Shown: positions 10,507 through 20,142, counted from the first letter of the whole stretch. The stretch: 63,992 nucleotides of DNA, filler included, from Acetivibrio sp. (GCF_035371925.1; 11 parts of 11 records of this genome joined end to end with filler, not necessarily neighbours in it); one strand, 5' to 3'. Translations and numbers: made by a program. The notes: generated from the sequence alone by a model not told the origin.

Positions 10507-12690
10507 ATGCCAAAGCGTTTGCTCAAAAAAAAGTATGTATGCGTAAGGCAATATGATTTGACAGACTGCGGAGCAGCCTGTTTGTCGAGTGTTGCCAGGT
10601 ATTACGGATTAAAAATATCCCTTGCAAAGATAAGGGAGATGACAGGCACCGATACCCATGGCACGAATGCTTATGGTCTGATTCATGCTGCAAAACAACT
10701 GGGATTTTCGGCGAAAGGCTTTAAGGCATCTAAAGAGGATTTGATGAAGGATTTTAAGCTTCCTGCCATTGCAAATGTTATTTTAGACAACAGGCTTACT
10801 CATTTTGTGGTGATTTATTCGATAAAAAATGGAGTAATTACGGTTGCCGACCCTGACAAGGGAATTGTCAAATATGCTATGGACGATTTCTGTTCAATAT
10901 GGACCGGAGGACTTATTTTGCTTGAGCCCGGTGAAAACTTTCAAAAAGGGGATCATACCCAGAATATGCTCATAAAATTTACCGGGTTTCTTAGGCCGTT
11001 AAAAGGAACTGTGCTGTGCATATTTTTAGCTTCCCTTTTATATACGGCTTTAGGTCTTGCAGGCTCTTTTTATATAAAGTTTTTATTTGACGATTTGATA
11101 AAATTTGAAAAGCTTAACGACCTCCATGTGATTTCCGTAGGATTTGCGGCTATGCTTTTGATTCAGGTATTTCTCAATTATTATAGAAGCATACTTGTTA
11201 CAAAGCTGGGCATGAGCATTGACAAGTCAATAATGATGGAGTATTACTCCCATGTGCTGAAGCTTCCTATGAGCTTCTTTAATTCCAGGAAGGTGGGGGA
11301 GATAATTTCAAGATTTATGGATGCTTCAAAGATACGCCAGGCAATTTCCGGAGCAACCCTTACCATAATGATCGATACCGTCATGGCCATAGCCGGAGGA
11401 GTTCTTTTATACATGCAAAACTCTTTTTTGTTTCTGATATCTTTTATTGTCATATTGCTGTATGGAATAATTGTGACCGTATTTAACAGACCGATACAAA
11501 ATGCCAACAGAAGAATAATGGAGGAGAATGCAAAATTAACTTCAGCGCTGGTAGAGTCCGTAAAAGGAATTGAGACTATAAAATCTTTTAGTGCTGAGGA
11601 TCAAACGGAAAGAAGTACCCGCACTAAAATTGAAGCTGTAATGAAAAGCTCCTTTAAAGAGGGAATGCTGCACATAAATCTCTCTTCGCTGACGGGTATC
11701 GTTGCAGGACTTGGGGGCATTGTGATACTCTGGGCCGGTGCATACAATGTCATCAAAGGAAATATGAGCGGAGGACAGCTCCTTGCTTTTAATGCACTTT
11801 TGACATATTTTCTTACACCTGTGAGAAACTTAATTGATCTGCAGCCCTTGATACAAACAGCGGTAGTGGCATCCAACAGGCTTGGGGAGATACTTGAGCT
11901 TGCATGTGAAAAGGATTTGAGATGTGACTATGACGATTCCATTGTATCCTTAAAAGGTGATATTGAGTTTAGAAATGTGGATTTCCGTTACGGGATGAAA
12001 AAACCTGTGCTTAAAAATATAAATTTAACGGTACCTTGCGGGAAAAAGATAGCCATAGTGGGAGAGAGCGGTTCCGGAAAAACCACTTTGGCAAAGCTTT
12101 TAATGAATTTTTACAGTCCCCAGAACGGAGAGATTTTGATAAACGGGCACAGTATAAAGGATATTAGCCTTGATGTACTTCGAAAGAAAATAGCCTTTGT
12201 CTCCCAGGATGTTTTTATTTTCAGTGGAACTGTAAAAGAAAATCTTTGTCTGGGTAACGAAAACATTGACATGGATGAAATAGTCAAGGCGGCAAAAATG
12301 GCCAATGCCCACGATTTCATAGAGGAGCTGCCTTTTAAATACGACACTTTTTTGAATGAAAGCGGTGCAAACCTTTCCGAAGGTCAAAAGCAAAGGCTTG
12401 CAATTGCAAGGGCACTCCTTAAAAAGCCGGATATTTTGATACTTGACGAAGCAACGAGTAATCTTGACAGCATTACCGAAAACCATATAAAGAACGCAAT
12501 ATACGCCTTTGGAGATGATGTTACGGTTATTATGATAGCCCATAGATTGAGTACTGTGGCAAGCTGTGACAATATATATCTGATAAAAGAGGGAGAGATT
12601 GTTGAGGGCGGTTCCCATACGGAGCTAATAAACTTAAAAGGTTATTACTTTGAAATGTGGAGGCAGACAGAAAGCACTTTATCATCATAA
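10507..12690 (+). CDS. Peptidase-containing ABC transporter (C39 peptidase - TMD - NBD), PCAT1 ortholog
   Basis: QYDLTDCGAACL (C39 Cys), HFVVIY, GESGSGKT Walker A, LSEGQ signature, ILDEATS; near-identical to C. thermocellum PCAT1 as recalled; start moved to ATG 10507 after AGGAG. Confidence 0.93.
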   Translation: MPKRLLKKKYVCVRQYDLTDCGAACLSSVARYYGLKISLAKIREMTGTDTHGTNAYGLIHAAKQLGFSAKGFKASKEDLMKDFKLPAIANVILDNRLTHFVVIYSIKNGVITVADPDKGIVKYAMDDFCSIWTGGLILLEPGENFQKGDHTQNMLIKFTGFLRPLKGTVLCIFLASLLYTALGLAGSFYIKFLFDDLIKFEKLNDLHVISVGFAAMLLIQVFLNYYRSILVTKLGMSIDKSIMMEYYSHVLKLPMSFFNSRKVGEIISRFMDASKIRQAISGATLTIMIDTVMAIAGGVLLYMQNSFLFLISFIVILLYGIIVTVFNRPIQNANRRIMEENAKLTSALVESVKGIETIKSFSAEDQTERSTRTKIEAVMKSSFKEGMLHINLSSLTGIVAGLGGIVILWAGAYNVIKGNMSGGQLLAFNALLTYFLTPVRNLIDLQPLIQTAVVASNRLGEILELACEKDLRCDYDDSIVSLKGDIEFRNVDFRYGMKKPVLKNINLTVPCGKKIAIVGESGSGKTTLAKLLMNFYSPQNGEILINGHSIKDISLDVLRKKIAFVSQDVFIFSGTVKENLCLGNENIDMDEIVKAAKMANAHDFIEELPFKYDTFLNESGANLSEGQKQRLAIARALLKKPDILILDEATSNLDSITENHIKNAIYAFGDDVTVIMIAHRLSTVASCDNIYLIKEGEIVEGGSHTELINLKGYYFEMWRQTESTLSS

Positions 12691-12791
12691 TCGGGAGCTA
12701 TCTCTTCTTAAAAAGAATGCAGATAAAATATAAAACAAGCATACTTTTTGAGGAGAATAGTATAAAAACAATTTAAAGAGGGGGTGAAATT

Positions 12792-13064
12792 ATGTCTGAA
12801 ACAAAGAAAATGGACATCGGCAGAGAGCTGACCGATGAGGAACTCATGGAAATGACGGGAGGGGCCGCTTTCAGAATTGAGTGTCAGAAAAGCTACACAT
12901 ACCAACCATCAGTACCTGTAGTTAAATATGGAGTTGTAATTGACGAGCCCGATATTGTTCTAAAGTACGGTGTAAGTCCGATAGTTGTAGCTAAGTACGG
13001 TATAGGGCCAATACAGCCTTTGTACGGCATCCAGCCAATCGATTTGGGCAAATTGGGCAAATAA
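12792..13064 (+). CDS. Double-glycine-leader RiPP precursor with four xYG repeats
   Basis: ELTDEELMEMTGG leader; core KYG x3 and LYG x1; resembles the PCAT1 substrate CtA as recalled. Confidence 0.9.
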   Translation: MSETKKMDIGRELTDEELMEMTGGAAFRIECQKSYTYQPSVPVVKYGVVIDEPDIVLKYGVSPIVVAKYGIGPIQPLYGIQPIDLGKLGK

Positions 13065-13090
13065 GCACAAGAATAATTTTATTTTAGTTT

Positions 13091-13119
13091 AGGCATGGTC
13101 AAAGGACTGTGCCTTTTTT
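13091..13119 (+). terminator. Rho-independent terminator after precursor gene
   Basis: AGGCATGGTC-AAAG-GACTGTGCCT followed by a T run. Confidence 0.8.
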
Positions 13120-13336
13120 AACATCCAAAAAGGCTTTAGAGACTGTGCTTTCAGAATTAGTTTAAAATTATCGGTTTATTGTATTTGACAAAATAATATG
13201 ATATGATAAGATTGGAAAACAGTTTACAAACAAGTATTACTCATATAATACTTTTTACATATACTTGTTGAATTTAATATTTTATGGAGCATTCCTATAA
13301 AGAAGCAAAATGACCTTTGAAAAAATAGATGCCTGA

Positions 13337-13436
13337 NNNNNNNNNNNNNNNNNNNNNNNNNNNNNNNNNNNNNNNNNNNNTTAATTAATTAANNNNNNNN
13401 NNNNNNNNNNNNNNNNNNNNNNNNNNNNNNNNNNNN
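13337..13436. other. Artificial contig linker
   Basis: N44-TTAATTAATTAA-N44. Confidence 0.99.
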
Positions 13437-14081
13437 ATAAGTTTATTATATTCATTTATGCGGATAAGTTATTGTATAATTAAGATGCGGGGAGGAAATT
13501 TAAAGAACCAGCATTTATACACTCAAACAAAATTTTCATTGACTCACGTTTTCAATTGCTTTTAATAAGTAAGATCTTACTATTATATCATTTTTTCTAA
13601 GTTGGTTTTATGTTTCATCTTATTTAAGTCGGTTCATCGAAGGGAGTGAATCGGCAACAATCACTGGGACTTGAAAAGATTGCTTGCCAGCATTGCTTAT
13701 CAGGCAGTGTCTGAACAAGAAGTCGGATTTTAAGAAGTTAAACAGGTCCACATATTGTAGGGGAGTTTTTATAAGGAAAGGTTATATTTTTAGGGGAGTG
13801 TTAAACGATTTTCCTTGTGTACGTACACAAATTTAATTTATTCAAAAAGAGAGAATCCAGAGAAAGAAAACTTTTAAGAAAAAAGAGAAAGAAAATTTAG
13901 AGAAAGATATTAAGAAAGAAATAGAAAGAAGAAAGAGAGAAATCATAATTTGATATTACTTTAGTTTGCTAAAATGAGAGAATTGGTTATGTTTTTTTAG
14001 GGGGAAAAGTGAGAGTTTAAAAACTGCATTTAATTTTTGTAAACTGTGACGGAAGCTTTCTGAAACAGGAGGAGAAAAATT

Positions 14082-14122
14082 AAACTGTTGCAAAAATGAT
14101 TAAATCATTTTTGCAACAGTTT
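14082..14122. terminator. 19-bp perfect inverted repeat, terminator for the minus-strand gene
   Basis: AAACTGTTGCAAAAATGAT / ATCATTTTTGCAACAGTTT directly after the stop at 14124. Confidence 0.85.
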
Positions 14123-14123
14123 T

Positions 14124-14516
14124 TTATTCTTCACTTCTTCTTTGCCTCTCCCTTTCAAATTCCTGCACATCTCTTATAAAATTCAGCTGGGTTTCTGTTC
14201 TTATTATACCGCCGGCTCCGTTTACAATGCTATTCATACGTGCAGAAGCATCCCACGACTTGTTTGATTGTGAATTTTCAATTATATCCTTGAGCTCTTC
14301 AAACTCCTCTTTTTGAAGCATCAGATAATTTTTGCACACCGGACACATGAGAAGATATCTGGTTTTATAAGGTATTACAGGAATAAAAAACAGCATAAAC
14401 CAACTGGTGATCTTTTGAAGATGCCAGCTTGATTCGTTGTTGCAGTTGTTGCATTGAATTTTTCGGACCGGACCGTAATTTTTTGATGTCCGAAATCCCC
14501 AGCCAAAGATAATCAT
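14124..14516 (-). CDS. Zinc-ribbon domain membrane-associated protein
   Basis: MIIFGWG start, CNNC and CPVC pairs, WFMLFFIPVIP segment. Confidence 0.8.
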   Translation of the reverse strand: MIIFGWGFRTSKNYGPVRKIQCNNCNNESSWHLQKITSWFMLFFIPVIPYKTRYLLMCPVCKNYLMLQKEEFEELKDIIENSQSNKSWDASARMNSIVNGAGGIIRTETQLNFIRDVQEFERERQRRSEE

Positions 14517-14578
14517 ATAAAACCTCCCTTAAGCTACTAAATTTACACTACAATTTATTTTTTGCATTATATGCAATT

Positions 14579-16852
14579 TTAGACAAACCAGAAATATTTT
14601 GCAGGATTGAACCATTTTAAACGTCTTTTTATGCAAACCACAACATCTCCATAAAGAGCAATTCCTCTCTTTACATCATCAACTGTTGGCTCTACTTTGG
14701 CATATTTTGATTTATTAAATATCTCAATAAAGTCCAAAACATCTATTCCGCTCTCCATGTAAATTCTCTGTCCATACTGCAAAGGTGTCTCGTGCAAATC
14801 TCTATCAAGGTTTACAACGCCCAACAGTTTTATTATCTTTGAAAGAATTCTGTCAACTGCCTTGTTTGCATCAAGTTTTAGCATCTTTTTCTTCCAGAAG
14901 TGAATATACACTCTTCTTAAAATCCATATCCAAAACATCAGTGTAAAAAGGAAGAACGGTATTGACAATATCCTGACCCAAACCGGTATAATTTCAATGA
15001 TATTCACAACTGTTTCTTCAAAAGATACCAGTATGGATTTGACCTTGTCAAAGAATATGCTCAGCGCATCTTGTTCCATAACGCTCACAGTGGGTTCAAA
15101 AACCATCCATCCGTATCCGGGTATATAAACTTCCGGGAATGCATGCGCATCTTTATCCCTGACGACAAACCGCCCGGTACTACTGTCAAACTCATCCGCC
15201 ACATATCCTTCAGAATATCTTGCCGGCAATCCGCATGCTCTTGCCAGCACCACCATGGCAGAAGCATAGTGAATGCAAAAACCTTTTTTGCTGTCAAAAA
15301 GAAAATAATCTATTGCCTCAGCTCCACTCGGTATGCGCGGAGGGTCCAAATCATATACATAATCCGAATTGTGAAAATACTGTTCAATAGCCAGTGCTTT
15401 ATCATAAGTGCTTTCTTTTCCCTCGGTTATCTTTTGGGCCAATTTGAAAACCCTGTCGGATATGTTCTGGGGCAATTGGGTATAATTTTCATAAACACTT
15501 TTCAAGTCTTCGGTTGCAGCGTATAAAACATTTAAATTGTCATAGCTAATATCCAAGGGCTCACCATCATTCTTTTTATATGCATTCATATCAAGCAATG
15601 ACTCAGCCCTCGTCCTGTCAAGAATCTTAATAAGATTGTGCTCAAAAGAATTTGTGGCTATCCTCTGGGTTATATATTCCACATCATAACTTTTCCATGA
15701 GCTTTGCGCACCGCTACTGCAGCTTCCCAATTTGTTCATATATATTTTTTCGGAATTTTTGCCTTCAGAATAAACATCAATTGCACCTATTGGCACGGGA
15801 ATAAATTTTGTCGAATAACTGTTTACATTTAATATCGTTGCCTTTCTTTTTTCCGGGAGATTCGAATCATAATTCCAAATTTCCGAAGTTTCCGGCAGTG
15901 CCGAAAGTATAATTCCTTCTTTTTTTGCCTTCTTCACCAAATCTACAAATACATTGTACTTTATCCCGTCATTATAGAAGCTTCGGACAGGCTTGTATTC
16001 CTTTAGCTTTTCATTTCCGATCTTCCATACATTATCCTCATATTTGTCCCAGCTCTGAATCCTAAGGTACACAGGCTCCTGTGCCGCAACTTCAAAAAGT
16101 ACCCTGTCACTTTGCGGAGCAGTCAAGGAGTCCAACTGACTTTGGGTTTTTATACTAAAGGGATTGTAAAGATTGTTGTTTATACCCTGAAACAAGTTCT
16201 GCTGTGCCGCCGCCCCTCCTAAAGGCTGAGCAACTTGCTCTATCACTGCATTTACGTAAGCAAGCCTCGGAATTACATTCGGTTTTGGGGCAATCAATGA
16301 AACCAAAAACACCAACGCAAGAAAAACCGACATTGTGACGTAATACCACTCATTAATCGGAACATTATACCTCACTGTTTCCGCTCGTTTCTTTCTTGTG
16401 CGCTCAAAATACAAAAGAAAAAACAGTAAAATATAAATTATGAAATGTATTGTTATTCCTTTGGCCGTTCTGGCGGTATGTATCAAAAACGGGATAAGCC
16501 CTATTATAAAGACAACTGCCACACGGTAGCGTATTATTGTAAAGTAATAAATTGTCGAGGCATAGCCGTAGACAGTAATCAAAAAAAGGAAAACGTCCTT
16601 GTCTTCTATACCCATAACAACCTGGCATACAATCAAATACAAAAAAGAAAAGGCAAAAAACAGCAATGTTTTTATATTAGCATATTTTTGTGCAAAGTTG
16701 TAGGCTGCAAAAATGACACAGGTAATGGCAATTGCCAAAATCAGAAGTTGTATATAGAAAAAACCAAACAATGTTCTTGATGTCCAGTTTATCAAAGCCA
16801 CAGCCATTGCCAATGGAAGTATTTGATTTTTTAAACGGTATGCATTCTCCAT
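14579..16852 (-). CDS. Membrane protein with transglutaminase-like domain
   Basis: About 6 N-terminal TM segments; GFCIHYASAMVVLAR, AHAFPEVYIPGYGWMVFEPT (Cys-His-Glu). Confidence 0.88.
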   Translation of the reverse strand: MENAYRLKNQILPLAMAVALINWTSRTLFGFFYIQLLILAIAITCVIFAAYNFAQKYANIKTLLFFAFSFLYLIVCQVVMGIEDKDVFLFLITVYGYASTIYYFTIIRYRVAVVFIIGLIPFLIHTARTAKGITIHFIIYILLFFLLYFERTRKKRAETVRYNVPINEWYYVTMSVFLALVFLVSLIAPKPNVIPRLAYVNAVIEQVAQPLGGAAAQQNLFQGINNNLYNPFSIKTQSQLDSLTAPQSDRVLFEVAAQEPVYLRIQSWDKYEDNVWKIGNEKLKEYKPVRSFYNDGIKYNVFVDLVKKAKKEGIILSALPETSEIWNYDSNLPEKRKATILNVNSYSTKFIPVPIGAIDVYSEGKNSEKIYMNKLGSCSSGAQSSWKSYDVEYITQRIATNSFEHNLIKILDRTRAESLLDMNAYKKNDGEPLDISYDNLNVLYAATEDLKSVYENYTQLPQNISDRVFKLAQKITEGKESTYDKALAIEQYFHNSDYVYDLDPPRIPSGAEAIDYFLFDSKKGFCIHYASAMVVLARACGLPARYSEGYVADEFDSSTGRFVVRDKDAHAFPEVYIPGYGWMVFEPTVSVMEQDALSIFFDKVKSILVSFEETVVNIIEIIPVWVRILSIPFFLFTLMFWIWILRRVYIHFWKKKMLKLDANKAVDRILSKIIKLLGVVNLDRDLHETPLQYGQRIYMESGIDVLDFIEIFNKSKYAKVEPTVDDVKRGIALYGDVVVCIKRRLKWFNPAKYFWFV

Positions 16853-16899
16853 TATTCTCCCCCTTGATTAACCAACATTTTTGTGCTTTGATATTGTCC

Positions 16900-18168
16900 C
16901 TATACCAACACCTCTGAAATCTCGTCACCAAGTCCTATTGTCCACAAGTTCATTTTAGCAGCTTTTGATTGCTCTCTCGCCCAATCAGCTTGTCTCATAA
17001 CATCTTCGTTATTTTTAATTGCAACCAAATCTACGGTCATTTTTAGTTCTTGCATTCCCTTTATTATCTCAAGAAGCTGACTGTCAAATGAGGCTGAAAA
17101 AACCATGGCATCTCCCCCGGCAAAAACCCTGCCATTGCCATCCTGCATAGTAATAATCGAAGTGGGAAGACGCTCACCAGCAAGTTCCTCTTTTGAATGC
17201 AGGAATTTGTATGCGGCAAGTCTATGCTGCATTTCAACAATCTGTTCCCTATCCTTAATCAAATAGCTCATCCACTCTCCAAGCTCCAAAAGCCACACTT
17301 CCACATCTCTTCCGGCTCTAACCAACATATCAACAACTGACATAAGGGCGTCCAAAACCTTATCTTCCCTTTCGACAACGCTGTTAGTCCTGAATTTTGC
17401 CCCATTTAGGACAACAGGATCAAGCACCAGCTTCTTTCTTGGAATACTCCGACCTTCATCTTTCCTTACCATAAGCACATCCGTTTTGGCAGAAAGTTTC
17501 CAGTGAATTTTATGAAGCGGGTCTCCGGGATGATATTCGCGAAATTCATGCCCCGGCTCTCCATTTAAGCAGCTTAAAAAATTGAAATCGCTCAGTGCCG
17601 TACCTGTCTCTTCCGTCGCAAGCTGACATGAATCAAGCAAAAAAGTGCTGTTCATCTTAAGCTGGGAAATCTTGTTTAATACAGTTATCTCTTTGGTGCT
17701 CTCCATTTTTTTATGCCTTTTTAAAATAGATAAGTTAAAAAAGCCCATGAAATCTCTTATTTTAATATCTCTTACCCCTATTTTGGCTATACCTCTGTAC
17801 TTTGCCCTGTACTCCAAATTGACTATTTGAGTTTTATACGGGCCCAAAGATATGATAGGACTGGGATTGTCCAGAGGAATAAGGTTTTGCGGAACAATAA
17901 ACGATATATCGATAATCGGTATGGGTATAAAGGATTTGTTTTGAAGCAATACAGTTATGCCCGCAACCCCCTCCTTTTCCACCTGTGATGCGTGAATCTT
18001 TTCATCAATTGAAATTTCCAGATTTCTTAGAGATATAAAACAAAGAATCCAAGACAAAAGAGGTGAAAATATCAGCATATAAAGCATCAGCATGCTGGTA
18101 TCGTCACCAAATACATATGTATATAAAAACATTGCAATTAACATAAAAAGATATACTATATAGCTCAT
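16900..18168 (-). CDS. DUF58 domain protein
   Basis: FREYHPGDPLHKIHWKLSAK motif; N-terminal TM; follows MoxR. Confidence 0.88.
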   Translation of the reverse strand: MSYIVYLFMLIAMFLYTYVFGDDTSMLMLYMLIFSPLLSWILCFISLRNLEISIDEKIHASQVEKEGVAGITVLLQNKSFIPIPIIDISFIVPQNLIPLDNPSPIISLGPYKTQIVNLEYRAKYRGIAKIGVRDIKIRDFMGFFNLSILKRHKKMESTKEITVLNKISQLKMNSTFLLDSCQLATEETGTALSDFNFLSCLNGEPGHEFREYHPGDPLHKIHWKLSAKTDVLMVRKDEGRSIPRKKLVLDPVVLNGAKFRTNSVVEREDKVLDALMSVVDMLVRAGRDVEVWLLELGEWMSYLIKDREQIVEMQHRLAAYKFLHSKEELAGERLPTSIITMQDGNGRVFAGGDAMVFSASFDSQLLEIIKGMQELKMTVDLVAIKNNEDVMRQADWAREQSKAAKMNLWTIGLGDEISEVLV

Positions 18169-18215
18169 CCTACACTTCCTTCTATGCCAATTCTAATTTT
18201 AAAACCGCAAATAAA

Positions 18216-19151
18216 TCACACAAAAGGAACCCCTGTTTTCTGAATAATATCGCTTATAACATCCGATGCCTGTATGTTCTTTATTTTTGCACCTTGGGAC
18301 ATTATGATTCTATGGGCCAATACCGGAACAGCCATTTTCTGTATATCATCCGGGAGCACATAGTCCCTTCCCTTTATAAACGCCCAAGCCTTTGAAGCCT
18401 TGTACAGATTGAGGCTTCCACGGGGACTGCATCCCAATACCACATTGTTGTCTTTCCGGGTATTGTCAACTATATTAATTATGTATTCTTTAAGGCAGTC
18501 CTCCACCCTTACTTCCTTTACCTTCTCCTTAAGCTCAATAAGCTCTTCTGTGGTCATAACATGCTCAAGCAGGTTTAGCGGGTTTTCACTTCCGAACCGG
18601 TCAATTATCAGTTTCTCTTCGTTTTTTCCGGGATATCCTATGGTAAGCTTTAAAAAGAATCTGTCCATCTGAGCTTCAGGCAAAGGATATGTTCCAAAGC
18701 TCTCTATGGGGTTTTGCGTGGCCAGAACCATAAAAGGACTGGGAAGCTTGTATGTCTTTCCGTCCACTGTCACCTGAAACTCCTCCATTATTTCAAGGAG
18801 ACTGGATTGGGTCTTCGGTGATGTTCTGTTGATTTCATCTGCCAGCAGGAAGTTGCACATTGCCGCGCCTTCCCTGTATTCAAACTGCCGAGTGCCGGGA
18901 TTGAACATCGAAAATCCCATAATATCCGAAGGCATTACATCGGGAGTAAACTGAACCCTGTTGAATTTTCCGTTTACCGAACGGGCAAGGGTCGCAACCA
19001 GCTGGGTTTTTCCAACTCCCGGTACATCCTCTATCAATACATGACCGTCACTTAACAGTGCAACCAGAAGATGCTCAATAACAGACCTCTTGCCGATAAT
19101 AATCTTCTCAATATTATCTATCAACATATTAATGGCACTGTTCATTTGCAT
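18216..19151 (-). CDS. MoxR-family AAA+ ATPase
   Basis: EDVPGVGKT, RVQFTPDVMPSD, LADEINR, ATQNPIE, LPEAQMDRF. Confidence 0.93.
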   Translation of the reverse strand: MQMNSAINMLIDNIEKIIIGKRSVIEHLLVALLSDGHVLIEDVPGVGKTQLVATLARSVNGKFNRVQFTPDVMPSDIMGFSMFNPGTRQFEYREGAAMCNFLLADEINRTSPKTQSSLLEIMEEFQVTVDGKTYKLPSPFMVLATQNPIESFGTYPLPEAQMDRFFLKLTIGYPGKNEEKLIIDRFGSENPLNLLEHVMTTEELIELKEKVKEVRVEDCLKEYIINIVDNTRKDNNVVLGCSPRGSLNLYKASKAWAFIKGRDYVLPDDIQKMAVPVLAHRIIMSQGAKIKNIQASDVISDIIQKTGVPFV

Positions 19152-19279
19152 GACACCTCTTTTTTCAGTTTTAACCGCCTATTTAAACAAAAAGAATACA
19201 AAAAAAGCAATATAAACCACAATAACAATTATATCAGAAAAAAACTTTCTGTACATCCTTTCGTTCAAACTACTTTATC

Positions 19280-19878
19280 TCATATATGCATTCTCTTGCG
19301 CAATTCTTCCTTTATACTGTCTCCGTAAAAAATCATTATGGCAGCCAAAAATATAATGCTTGCTGCAACCGAAATAAGAGAAGGATAATCCACCTTGACA
19401 AGATCAAACAGAATAAACAAAATCGGAACAATACCAAACAGCCCGCCCAGCAAAAAATATGAAATATAGTCCCTGGCACTAAGTCTCATTACCTTTGCCG
19501 TTATATACATAACAAGCATAGCTGCAACACATAAAAACGGAATGACATAATCCAATGACCAACCCTTCCAGCCTATCTTCCAGTCCCAAAATATCACAAG
19601 TCCCGATACAATTATTACCTGCCACATAATAGTCTTTGTAATATTGTGCCTTTTGCGCAGCACATAAACAAGGCTCAGCCAAGCGCTTACCAAGCCCAGC
19701 AGGACAAAACCGGGCCAATTTACACTGGTGGGAAATATCTTATAGACAACGTAACTTGCCACAATTGCAACAACGGAGATAAAAGCCAAAATCCGAACAA
19801 CCATATGCCTTTCATATGTAAGGGGAATTACAGGATAAATATCTTCTGCCTCTTCCATATTGCCATTGTCGGGAAGAA
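19280..19878 (-). CDS. Multi-pass membrane protein (DUF6320-like), 5' end cut by an IS terminus
   Basis: About 6 TM segments; frame continues upstream of Met 19858 (LPDNGN-MEE) until the IS-like end at 19879. Confidence 0.6.
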
Positions 19879-19930
19879 GGTAAGTTGTAAAATTAATTGC
19901 CCAAACATGATAAAAAAGAAGTGACTCAAA
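19879..19930. mobile_element. IS30-family-like terminal inverted repeat
   Basis: GGTAAGTTGTAAAATTAATTGCC resembles IS30-family IRs (GGTAGATTGTAAAATTAAT type, recalled); contig ends shortly after. Confidence 0.55.
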
Positions 19931-20030
19931 NNNNNNNNNNNNNNNNNNNNNNNNNNNNNNNNNNNNNNNNNNNNTTAATTAATTAANNNNNNNNNNNNNN
20001 NNNNNNNNNNNNNNNNNNNNNNNNNNNNNN
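19931..20030. other. Artificial contig linker
   Basis: N44-TTAATTAATTAA-N44. Confidence 0.99.
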
Positions 20031-20031
20031 T

Positions 20032-20082
20032 TAAAACAGGGTTCTGTAAGATTTTGTAAGGCAATTAAACTTGCAATTTAAA
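20032..20082. mobile_element. Repeated-element (IS30-like) terminus, copy 1
   Basis: Identical 51 bp to the reverse complement of 55765-55815; both lie at contig ends. Confidence 0.75.
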
Positions 20083-20107
20083 TATCAAATGAATTATGAA
20101 AAAATAC

Positions 20108-20136
20108 TTGCAAAAAATAAAAATATATAGTAAAAT
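20108..20136 (+). promoter_or_regulatory. SigA-type promoter of the S10 operon
   Basis: TTGCAA-17 bp-TAAAAT. Confidence 0.65.
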
Positions 20137-20142
20137 GTTGAA

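Noticed and set aside
13850..13945. Purine-rich AGAAAG low-complexity tract
   Set aside because: No regular period and no convincing start; could be a decayed charged-coil gene but is unsupported
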